The translations under genes were made by a program, and so were the position numbers. A model generated the notes under the pieces. The model had not been told where the DNA came from, did no database searches, and saw nothing but the letters and a program-made list of their open reading frames with translations. A stretch of DNA of 32,410 nt. It comes from a bacterium (GTDB taxonomy: Bacteria; Gemmatimonadota; Gemmatimonadetes; Gemmatimonadales; Gemmatimonadaceae). Below are positions 15,398 through 22,521 of this stretch, one piece after another (position 1 is the first letter of the stretch; each line of letters starts with the position of its first letter). The DNA lies in NCBI GenBank assembly GCA_039934235.1, contig JBDTMO010000001.1, positions 1-32,410 on the forward strand, written 5' to 3'.

Positions 15398-17356
15398 TCA
15401 GAACTCGATCTGCGCCCCAAGCTCCACCACGCGGTTTGGCGGAAGCTCGAAGAACTCAGTGGCCGAGCGTGCGTTCCGCGACATGAACGCGAAGAGCTTC
15501 TTGCGCCAGCGCATCATGTGTGCGTCGCCGGTGAGCACCAGGCGCTCATGCCCGAGGTAGTACGACGTGCCCATTTTGGGCAATGCAATGCCGCGCGCTT
15601 CCACGGCCTTCAGCACCTCGGGAATGTTCGGCGATTCCATGAAGCCAAACGTGGCCATGACGCGGTGAATGCCGTGGCCCAACGATTCCACCGTCAATCG
15701 CTGATCGTCGGGAACCGATGGGACGCCGCGAGTCTGCACGCTGAGCAACACCACCGTCTCGTGCAGCATCTTGTTGTGCTTGAGATGATGCAGCAGCACG
15801 ACCGGCGTTCCATTCGGCGTCGACGTCATGAACACCGCCGAACCACTCACGCGCACGCGCGGCTTGCGTCCGAGATCCTCGAGAAAGAGATCGAGCGGAA
15901 GTGCGCTCCTGGACTGGATGTCGTTGAGCTCCGATCGTCCACGTTTCCACGTGCTCATGAGCACGTAGATACCAACCGCCATGGCAAGCGGTACCCACCC
16001 GCCGTGTTCGATCTTCACGATGTTCGCAATGAGGAACGACAGGTCAATGGCGAGGAACGAAGCCGTGAGCAGCACGACGTGTGGCAGGCTCCAGTTCCAG
16101 CGACTCCGCGCGACCACGGCAAATAGCAGCGAGGTGATGGCCATCGTCCCCGTGACGGCGATGCCGTACGCTGCACTCAATGCACTGGAGTTCTCGAAGG
16201 AAATGACGAGCAGCAGGCAACCCACCATCAACGCCTTGTTCACCTCGGGCACATAGATCTGTCCCGCTTCGTGCGCCGATGTGTGGATGATCTGCATGCG
16301 TGGGCAGTAGCCGAGCTGCACACTCTGCTGCGTGAGCGAGAACGCGCCGGAGATCAATGCCTGTGAGGCGACGACGGCCGCCGCTGCGGCGATGACGATC
16401 AGCGGCCACTGGAGTGCCGTCGGCGCCATCAGGTAGAACGGATTGCTCGCCGCCGTTGGATCGCGCAACAGGAGGGCGCCCTGGCCGAAGTAATTCAACA
16501 CGAGCGCGGGCAACACAACGATGAACCATGCCACGCGAATGGGACGTTTACCGAAATGCCCCATGTCGGCATACAGCGCCTCACCGCCCGTGATGCACAA
16601 CACCACGGCGCCGAGTGTGAGGAAACCCGCCATTCCATGGTCGCGAAAAAACCATGCGCCGTGCATGGGATTCATCGCGTACAGCACGGCGGGCGTCGCG
16701 ATGACGCTACGTACACCAAGGACAGCGATGGTCAGGAACCAGACGAGCATCAGCGGACCGAATGCGCTGCCGACACGCGCCGTCCCGAATCGTTGCACCA
16801 TGAACAGGGCAAAGATGATTGCGAGGCTGATCCACATGACGAACGGTGCGAGCGAGGGCGTATTGACCTCGAGCCCCTCGACGGCGCTCAACACGGAGAC
16901 CGCCGGTGTAATGACGCCGTCGCCATAGAGCAGCGCCGCGCCGAAGATGCCCAGCGCGATGAGGACGATTCGTCGACGGCTGTCGTCTCGCCCCTTCTGC
17001 TGGAGCAGGAGTGCCAACAGCGCGAGGATGCCGCCTTCGCCCCGGTTGTCCGCGCGGAGAATGAAGACGATGTACTTGACGCTGACGACGAGGATCAGCG
17101 ACCAGAGGATCAGGGACAGGACGCCGAGGATGTTTTCCGGAGTCGGCGTGATGCCGTACTCTTTCTTGAAGCACTCACGAAGCGCGTAGAGTGGGCTCGT
17201 GCCGATGTCGCCATAGACGACGCCGAGCGCTGTGAGTGAGAGCAGTGCGAGACGTTTTCCCGTCGCTGCTTCGCGAGCGGGCACCTCGTGCACCGATGTG
17301 TAGGACAGGGTGTGGGACGACATTGCAGAGATGGCGGTACCGCATCGCCGGCCCAT
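15398..17356 (-). CDS. kup: KUP/HAK/KT-family potassium transporter (paralog 2)
   Basis: Alignable with paralog 1 over its full length: identical LGVVYGDIGTSPLYALRECFK and a C-terminus ...ATEFFELPPNRVVELGAQIEF. The alternative start at 17323 (MSSHTLSY) gives an N-terminal length closer to paralog 1. Confidence 0.95.
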   Translation of the reverse strand: MGRRCGTAISAMSSHTLSYTSVHEVPAREAATGKRLALLSLTALGVVYGDIGTSPLYALRECFKKEYGITPTPENILGVLSLILWSLILVVSVKYIVFILRADNRGEGGILALLALLLQQKGRDDSRRRIVLIALGIFGAALLYGDGVITPAVSVLSAVEGLEVNTPSLAPFVMWISLAIIFALFMVQRFGTARVGSAFGPLMLVWFLTIAVLGVRSVIATPAVLYAMNPMHGAWFFRDHGMAGFLTLGAVVLCITGGEALYADMGHFGKRPIRVAWFIVVLPALVLNYFGQGALLLRDPTAASNPFYLMAPTALQWPLIVIAAAAAVVASQALISGAFSLTQQSVQLGYCPRMQIIHTSAHEAGQIYVPEVNKALMVGCLLLVISFENSSALSAAYGIAVTGTMAITSLLFAVVARSRWNWSLPHVVLLTASFLAIDLSFLIANIVKIEHGGWVPLAMAVGIYVLMSTWKRGRSELNDIQSRSALPLDLFLEDLGRKPRVRVSGSAVFMTSTPNGTPVVLLHHLKHNKMLHETVVLLSVQTRGVPSVPDDQRLTVESLGHGIHRVMATFGFMESPNIPEVLKAVEARGIALPKMGTSYYLGHERLVLTGDAHMMRWRKKLFAFMSRNARSATEFFELPPNRVVELGAQIEF

Positions 17357-17453
17357 CGTGGGAACGGCTGAAGCCGGAGACGCGTGCGCCCCCGGCCTCC
17401 TTCAACATACGCGCCTGTCCGCCTTCCGGCAGTCGTTCAGCCCAGGCTGCCGT

Positions 17454-18059
17454 CTACGCCTTGGCGGCGAGTGCCTCGATTTCCTTTGCGGCCCGGTCAA
17501 GAATTTCGGCGATTTGCTTGAGCAACGCCTGATCGTGAACGGCATCGGTCGCGCGGCCGTACGTCGCTTTTCCAACCCGCCGGAACGCGCCGTGCACCTC
17601 GGCCATCGGCTCATCCAGGAAGTGGCCAACCAGCTTGGCGATGCGGTCGAAGATGTTGTCGACCGTCTCGCGGTTCTCGGCCAGGTGTGCTCGGCCTTCG
17701 TCGGTGATTTCGTACACCTTCTTTCCCTCCGGGCCGGGGACGATCCGTGCGTAGCCCAGATCCTCGAGCAGTTGGAGGGTGGGGTAGACCGTTCCGGGGC
17801 TCGGTGCGTATGCGCCGCCGAACTTTTCCTCGAGGGCCTTGATGATCTCGTATCCGTGCCGGGGTTTTTCCTCGAGCAGCCGGAGGACGACGTAGCGCAG
17901 GTCGCCCTGCTCGAACATCCGTCCGCCGCGCCAGCGGCCTCTAGGGCGGCCCTCGGCGCCGAAGAATCCGTTCATGAAGCTTGCGTCCCAACCCCACTTT
18001 CCCCGGGCGTGGTGTGAGGATTCGGGTCGGGCGTCCCACGTCCAGAAGCAGTCGCGCAT
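17454..18059 (-). CDS. PadR-family transcriptional regulator with basic Gly/Arg-rich N-terminal leader
   Basis: Winged-helix core GDLRYVVLRLLEEKPRHGYEIIKALEEKFGGAYAPSPGTVYPTLQLLEDLGY...YEITDEGRAHL. GGAGGA lies 5 nt upstream of the ATG. Confidence 0.9.
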   Translation of the reverse strand: MRDCFWTWDARPESSHHARGKWGWDASFMNGFFGAEGRPRGRWRGGRMFEQGDLRYVVLRLLEEKPRHGYEIIKALEEKFGGAYAPSPGTVYPTLQLLEDLGYARIVPGPEGKKVYEITDEGRAHLAENRETVDNIFDRIAKLVGHFLDEPMAEVHGAFRRVGKATYGRATDAVHDQALLKQIAEILDRAAKEIEALAAKA

Positions 18060-18081
18060 GGTGTCCTCCGCTCGAAACGAG

Positions 18082-18133
18082 CGATATATCTTGGGTTGAG
18101 CTGAAGATATATCGGCCGATATATCTTAGTCAA
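18082..18133 (-). promoter_or_regulatory. putative padR promoter with overlapping operator: three CGATATATCTT half-sites (two forming a perfect 24-bp palindrome) next to a TTGACT -35
   Basis: AAGATATATCGGCCGATATATCTT (18104-18127) is a perfect palindrome. A third half-site lies at 18082-18092. Read on the minus strand, the promoter is TTGACT (18133-18128), then a 16-18 nt spacer, then TATATC/TATCTT. The region is AT-rich in a GC-rich background and lies 23-75 nt upstream of the padR ATG. Confidence 0.55.
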
Positions 18134-18166
18134 GTCCACGCGGAGGTTTGCGCCTGACGTGTGCGA

Positions 18167-18760
18167 CTATGCTGCTTGCCGGACCTTGGCCCTGTGAACG
18201 CGCGCGGGCGGTTGCTTCGCCCGCCAGCGCCATCGTGCGCCGATCGCAATCACCACGGCCAATACGCAGAGCTCGATGAACACTTTCTCTCCATCGAGGT
18301 AATCGATGTCGCGGTCCTTGAGTGCGGGATCGGTGAGAATCGAGTGCACGGCGTACAGCGGAAAGAGTGCGTAGGTCGTGAAGTGCACGCGCTTCCACCA
18401 CGTCCGCCCCATCTGGAATCGGAAGTACGATGTGGCGACGACAACCATGAGCAGGTAGGCCGCGCAGGCGCCCGCCGTGTTGATCCAGGGTTGTTTCGGC
18501 GCATTCATCGGATAGAACACGTCGATGAGGTGAAAGTCCACGCGGTTGGGCAGCAGCAGCAGCGCGGGATGCACCAGCACGAGGACGAGGGCTGCGTAGC
18601 CAGTGTAGTTGTGGATCTTGACCGTGTTGATGCGGCGATGCGGCCAGTTTCGAACGGCGTTGTATTTCTTGGCGAGCAACAACCCAATGAGGATGTTGAG
18701 CGTGAGCAAGCCGATGGCGCCGAGGCCCGCGTAATTCGAGAGTTCGATCGGGTCCATCAC
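18167..18760 (-). CDS. ferric-reductase-like transmembrane domain protein (MsrQ/YedZ-like heme b membrane protein)
   Basis: About 6 TM segments with paired His on helices (IHNYTGYAALVLVLVHPALL and HFTTYALFPLYAVHSIL), as in PF01794-type domains. Assignment is from pattern only. Confidence 0.55.
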   Translation of the reverse strand: MMDPIELSNYAGLGAIGLLTLNILIGLLLAKKYNAVRNWPHRRINTVKIHNYTGYAALVLVLVHPALLLLPNRVDFHLIDVFYPMNAPKQPWINTAGACAAYLLMVVVATSYFRFQMGRTWWKRVHFTTYALFPLYAVHSILTDPALKDRDIDYLDGEKVFIELCVLAVVIAIGARWRWRAKQPPARVHRAKVRQAA

Positions 18761-19063
18761 GGGAAAATTGAAGGTGAAGAGCGATAGTGGGATGCATCAC
18801 AGTTCAAGCCAATTGCTACAGTGATCCGCCGCTCTTGATTACGACAGCCGCGGACAACGCAACAGCAACTGCCAATCCGTGTTAAGCAGTTGCAGTTGCG
18901 GTCTGCCGTCTGCGGTCCTGCCGTTTGCATTTTTTTAACGTTGCCGCACTCATCGGAGTACGCGGCTGCAGCCAAGCTCGCTGAACCGATTTGGGGCATG
19001 TCGATTGCCATATCTGTTTGTCCCGGACGACGACAAAATCATTCTACTGCGAGGGATATGACC

Positions 19064-19264
19064 ATGGCAGACGATCTCGGCACGGATGGGCTCGAGAACC
19101 AAGTCAAAGGCGCCGCAAAGGAAGTTGGCGGAAAGATTCGCAAGAACGTCGGCGACTTGACGGACAACCACAGCGAAGAATTCAAGGGCGCCGCCAAGGA
19201 ATTGGAAGGCAAGATGCAACGCAAGGTTGGCGAAACCGAGTCCAAGATCGATCGCAATACCTGA
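19064..19264 (+). CDS. csbD: CsbD-family general stress protein
   Basis: MADDLGTDGLENQVKGAAKEVGGKIRKNVGDLTDNHSEEFKGAAKELEGKMQRKVGETESKIDR has the typical CsbD repeat (G.aKe..GK...). GAGGGA lies 7 nt upstream. An alternative ATG at 19058 is possible. Confidence 0.85.
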   Translation: MADDLGTDGLENQVKGAAKEVGGKIRKNVGDLTDNHSEEFKGAAKELEGKMQRKVGETESKIDRNT

Positions 19265-19288
19265 TCGTTTGGGCGCTGGTTCCGCGAG

Positions 19289-19322
19289 GGGACGCCGGCA
19301 GTGCCGGCGTCCCTTCATCGTT
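19289..19322 (+). terminator. intrinsic terminator after csbD
   Basis: GGGACGCCGGC (19289-19299) pairs with GCCGGCGTCCC (19303-19313), followed by TTCATCGTTTCG. Confidence 0.7.
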
Positions 19323-19454
19323 TCGTCATGTGCGCGATAGGAAGACGTCATCCAGCGCTCAACGCATCGTAATGGCTGCATCACGAAGGCCTAAGGTCCG
19401 CGTCGTAACATCGGTCGTGAGGCAAATCACGACGACATTCACGCGGAGGAAACG

Positions 19455-20165
19455 ATGTTCACGACCTTGGTGGAATCACGGGCAGTGCGCGCTCGCAGCA
19501 CGCGGGGAGCGGTGGTGAGTGTGCTGTTGCATGGAACGCTGATCGCTGCCGCAGTGGCACTCACGACAGGGGTTGTTGACGCGCGGCCGGAATCTCATAC
19601 CGAAAAGCCTCCCGTCTGGATACCCATGCCGCACACTCCGCCACAACCCGTTCCTGAAGCTCCACGCACGCCGCAACCGCAAGCCCCGACACCCACCGCG
19701 CCGACCCTTACGATCATCGCGCCCACCGACATTCCCAATACAATTCCGCCGATCGACATCAACACGCCTCCCATGCCACCTGATCAAATCCCGCGCATTG
19801 GATCAGGCTTGCCACACAGTCCGTTCGGTAGCACAAACGAGGACGGCGCACTCAGGTCCGGCAGCGTCGTCAGCGAGAACATGGTCGACCGCGCGCCTCG
19901 CATCATCGGCAATGCGCCCTCGCCTCGCTATCCAAACGCGCTGCGCGAAAGCGGCGTCGACGGCCATGTCGTCATTCGCTTTGTAGTGGATACCGTCGGT
20001 CGGGCGGAGCTCGACAACGTGACGATCGTCGAGGCCACGCACCAGCTCTTTGCAGATGCCGTGAAGAATGCACTCGGCCAGTATCGCTTCAGCCCGGGAG
20101 CAATTGGCACGCGCAAAGTGCGGACACTGGTGCAAGTGCCATTCACGTTCACGTTGCGGCCGTAA
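19455..20165 (+). CDS. TonB-family energy transducer (N-terminal anchor, Pro-rich spacer, TonB C-terminal domain)
   Basis: TM VVSVLLHGTLIAAAVAL. Pro-rich segment PVWIPMPHTPPQPVPEAPRTPQPQAPTPTAP. C-terminal domain PRYPNALRESGVDGHVVIRFVVDTVGR...RKVRTLVQVPFTF. GGAGGA lies upstream. Confidence 0.88.
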   Translation: MFTTLVESRAVRARSTRGAVVSVLLHGTLIAAAVALTTGVVDARPESHTEKPPVWIPMPHTPPQPVPEAPRTPQPQAPTPTAPTLTIIAPTDIPNTIPPIDINTPPMPPDQIPRIGSGLPHSPFGSTNEDGALRSGSVVSENMVDRAPRIIGNAPSPRYPNALRESGVDGHVVIRFVVDTVGRAELDNVTIVEATHQLFADAVKNALGQYRFSPGAIGTRKVRTLVQVPFTFTLRP

Positions 20166-20185
20166 CGCTGAATCCCGTTGGGAGT

Positions 20186-20251
20186 GGTCGGCTCGCTGCG
20201 TCGCATGGTTCAGTCAGCATCGCACAGCAATGCGATCGCAGCGAGACCGCC
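20186..20251 (+). other. nested stem-loop downstream of the TonB gene (possible terminator or RNA element)
   Basis: GGTCGGCTCGCTGCG (20186-20200) pairs with CGCAGCGAGACCGCC (20237-20251) at 13 of 15 positions. This encloses an inner ATCGCA/TGCGAT hairpin (20219-20236). There is no clear U-tract. Confidence 0.35.
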
Positions 20252-20613
20252 AACTTTCACCTGAACGCCGACATCACGGAACGACTGGTGTCCCGGGTTC
20301 CAGCTTGGCCGCACACAACCCGAAATTGAAACCCGTAAACAGTGTGTAGCCCTTCAACGGCATCGCATTCATCACGAACGACGCAGGCGCCGTGAACGTG
20401 TGCGCAGCGGTCGGAGAATTCGTCGACGGTGGCGAATGGTGTCGCGGCCACTCCGGACTCGCGATATGCGTTCGTGCGCAGTGAAGGTGTTGGCGCGGCA
20501 CCGGGCAAGGTCGATGCGTAGGACCTTCGCGCCTTGGTGAAGGTCGGCCCCGTTGACGTGGGCCGGCAGGCGGGTGGAATTGCGTTCTGGAAAGAGAGCC
20601 CGCGGAATAAGTT

Positions 20614-20643
20614 GTCGTCCCGAGCGCAGCGATAGACCTGCAC
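20614..20643 (+). repeat. REP-like dispersed element, short (30-nt) class, copy E
   Basis: gtcgtcccgagcgcagcgatagacctgcac matches copy D at 27 of 30 positions. It is preceded by AAGTT, as copies B and C are. Confidence 0.8.
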
Positions 20644-20655
20644 GTGCCGTTGCGC

Positions 20656-21144
20656 TCACCGACCCTCTGAGGCGATCTCCTCCTGAAGTGCCTCCAGTTC
20701 GGCAATAACTTCAAGATCCTTGGGGCGGCCCGCCGCGCGCTTTACGCGAATGAGCCAGGGGAGGTCGAGCAAACGTGTCGCTCGTCCGAAGATCGTCAGC
20801 GTCAGCGCGTGAGGCAGTAGGTCGTCGTATCCGCCTCCGCCGGTAATCTCACCCAGCAGGTCGATCGAGCCCACACTGGTGGTGAGCGTAAAGTTCAATC
20901 CCGCGCGCAACGTTGCGGTGGACCAGTCGAACGGCAGCCCAGGCGGCGCGCCACGTAGATACGGCTGCAATGGCGCAAGCGCCGCGATGATTCGCGCAAG
21001 ATTGGCGGGAGTGCGCGAGTAGGAAACGTCGACGTCATCGGTAAGCCGCGCAGAGCCGTGCGCGCGCGCCGCAACGCCGCCGACGATGATGAACTCGACG
21101 CCAGAGTCGTGAAGCGCGGCAAGCAGCTCTTCGAGTTCTGTCAC
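20656..21144 (-). CDS. minimal Pol-beta-fold nucleotidyltransferase (putative toxin/effector of a two-gene module)
   Basis: NTase signature FIIVGGVAARAHGSARLTDDVDV (hGG-x11-DxD). C-terminal LIRVKRAAGRPKDLEVIAELEAL, a motif I recall from a widespread small NTase family. GTG start overlaps the upstream stop (GTGA). Confidence 0.7.
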   Translation of the reverse strand: MTELEELLAALHDSGVEFIIVGGVAARAHGSARLTDDVDVSYSRTPANLARIIAALAPLQPYLRGAPPGLPFDWSTATLRAGLNFTLTTSVGSIDLLGEITGGGGYDDLLPHALTLTIFGRATRLLDLPWLIRVKRAAGRPKDLEVIAELEALQEEIASEGR

Positions 21145-21533
21145 TTGTGTCTCGTCACCGCGCGCGCTGCGCGCTGGAGTTCACGCGAGGCAACCTGCCA
21201 CTCGGCGAGCGTCCGCAATCGGTCGTCGACCGTCTTTCCCAAGTTCGCCCGAAGCAGGGTGCGATCGACGTCCTGCTTGTAACGGGCGACCACAGGATCG
21301 GGCGTCGGAAGCGGCACCAGCTCAATCCGTAATTCAAAACCAGCCGCTGCTGCGCATCGCGCGAGCGTGTTGACGGTTGGGTTTGTCGTGCCCTGTTCGA
21401 GCTTCGCTATGGCCGACTGCGACGTATTGAGTCGCTCTGCAAGTTCGCGTTGCGTCAGGTACGCGTGCTGGCGCGCTTCCTGAACGAGACGATGAGCAAG
21501 GCGTATTTCATACATGACATCAAGATATGTCAT
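21141..21533 (-). CDS. XRE-family helix-turn-helix protein (putative antitoxin/regulator)
   Basis: HTH: LTQRELAERLNTSQSAIAKLEQGTTNPTVNTLARCAAAAG, followed by a roughly 60-aa C-terminal extension of unknown type. The alternative start at 21515 (MYEIRL) is equally plausible. Confidence 0.8.
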   Translation of the reverse strand: MTYLDVMYEIRLAHRLVQEARQHAYLTQRELAERLNTSQSAIAKLEQGTTNPTVNTLARCAAAAGFELRIELVPLPTPDPVVARYKQDVDRTLLRANLGKTVDDRLRTLAEWQVASRELQRAARAVTRHK

Positions 21534-21541
21534 ACACTATA
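21514..21541 (-). promoter_or_regulatory. inverted repeat ATGACAT-N6-ATGTCAT preceded by a TATAGT -10-like box (candidate autoregulatory operator)
   Basis: The minus strand reads TATAGTGT ATGACAT ATCTTG ATGTCAT G. The arms lie at 21533-21527 and 21520-21514, in the most AT-rich stretch of the neighbourhood, overlapping the first candidate start codon. Confidence 0.4.
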
Positions 21542-22027
21542 AATCATCAACTGCCAGTGAAGCGGGCACGGAGCGTCCGGTATGCTACTGGGATCGCGTC
21601 ATCGCGCCGTTTCGACGGATGCATCCGAGCGCGTCCAAACAAATGAGAACCCAAATGGCGTCGGCTGCTGGACAGAGCATGGTGCAGCGGGAAATGGCCA
21701 TTGCAGATGGCCTTGTGCTGGTGCAAAAGCAGTATCCGGCGGGATTGCAGATGGACCGTCATGGCACATGGCGACTGGCGCTTTTGCCTGGCCCTCCGCG
21801 GTACGTACACGGACAGCTGGCGACGTGGGTATCGCACCCGCACGCCGCGCCAGTTGGCGTGCACCCGGAGAATGAAGTGCACACGAGTGCGTAGTGGCGG
21901 CAACGATGCTCTGGGCGTTGGCTCGCGGTGCCGAAATTTGTGGGACCGCGCGTAAGCGGGTTGCTCACGCCATTTCCCGATCGCGGCGACAATCCTCGCA
22001 GCATTCACGCATCACTTCGACGGCGCC

Positions 22028-22222
22028 GTGCCAGCAGCTCAGTTTCTCCGCAGCCTGATCGAGGGCCTCTACTCGTTCGCTGCGTTCTTCCTCGTGGTTG
22101 GGACAATGCTGCAACGCACGAGCGTCGCCCTGGCGTTCGGGTTGGCGTGTGTCGTCGCGCTCGCGCTTCACGCAGCCATGTGGTCATTGGCATCGCGATC
22201 TCGAACCTCGCGGACGACATGA
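22028..22222 (+). CDS. hypothetical small hydrophobic protein (64 aa), doubtful
   Basis: The stop overlaps the ATG of the ALDH remnant (ATGA), which suggests former translational coupling. The peptide is hydrophobic (LYSFAAFFLVVGTML...LAFGLACVVALAL). A Cys/His-rich ORF on the opposite strand (21965..22171) competes for the same DNA. Confidence 0.25.
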   Translation: MPAAQFLRSLIEGLYSFAAFFLVVGTMLQRTSVALAFGLACVVALALHAAMWSLASRSRTSRTT

Positions 22223-22403
22223 CAGACGCCCGTCTCTTCATCAATGGTATGTGGCGCGATGGCTCCACCGGCAGGAGCGCGGATGTCATCAACCCCGCCA
22301 CCGAGGACGCAGCGGCTACGGATACGAGGGCGGGCGCCCCGGAATCGACGCGTTCCTCAACCTGAAGGTGAAGCGCGGTACGCCAAACGCCGATACTCCA
22401 TGA
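22219..22403 (+). pseudogene. aldehyde dehydrogenase remnant: N-terminal ~30 codons joined out of frame to C-terminal ~30 codons (large internal deletion)
   Basis: MTDARLFINGMWRDGSTGRSADVINPATED is a typical ALDH N-terminus. The +1 frame then reads RSGYGYEGGRPGIDAFLNLKVKRG..., matching the ALDH C-terminal (K)xSGxGxExGxxGxxxFxxxKxV motif. The junction lies near 22305-22312. Confidence 0.7.
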
Positions 22404-22521
22404 CGGACACCGTGTCCGATGACCACAACCAGAGATCGCATCGTGCCTGAATGTCCACGTGGATGGACGACACGCATGCGGATCTCGAGTCGCGCAAGCA
22501 GTGTGAGGAGACGCAGTCAGG

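Noticed and set aside
17357-17453. Possible c-di-AMP (ydaO-type) or other riboswitch upstream of the kup genes (also 15281-15397)
   Set aside because: These riboswitches often precede K+ transporters, so I looked for one. Both spacers are short (97 and 117 nt), and I could not find the conserved paired GGGGA/ACCC-type cores, only generic GC hairpins. A covariance-model scan would settle it.
18927-18940. T7 run (GCATTTTTTTAACG) that looks like a terminator tail
   Set aside because: No complementary stem precedes it on either strand, and it lies between divergent gene starts where nothing needs terminating. It is more likely part of a promoter (TTGCAT at 18925-18930).
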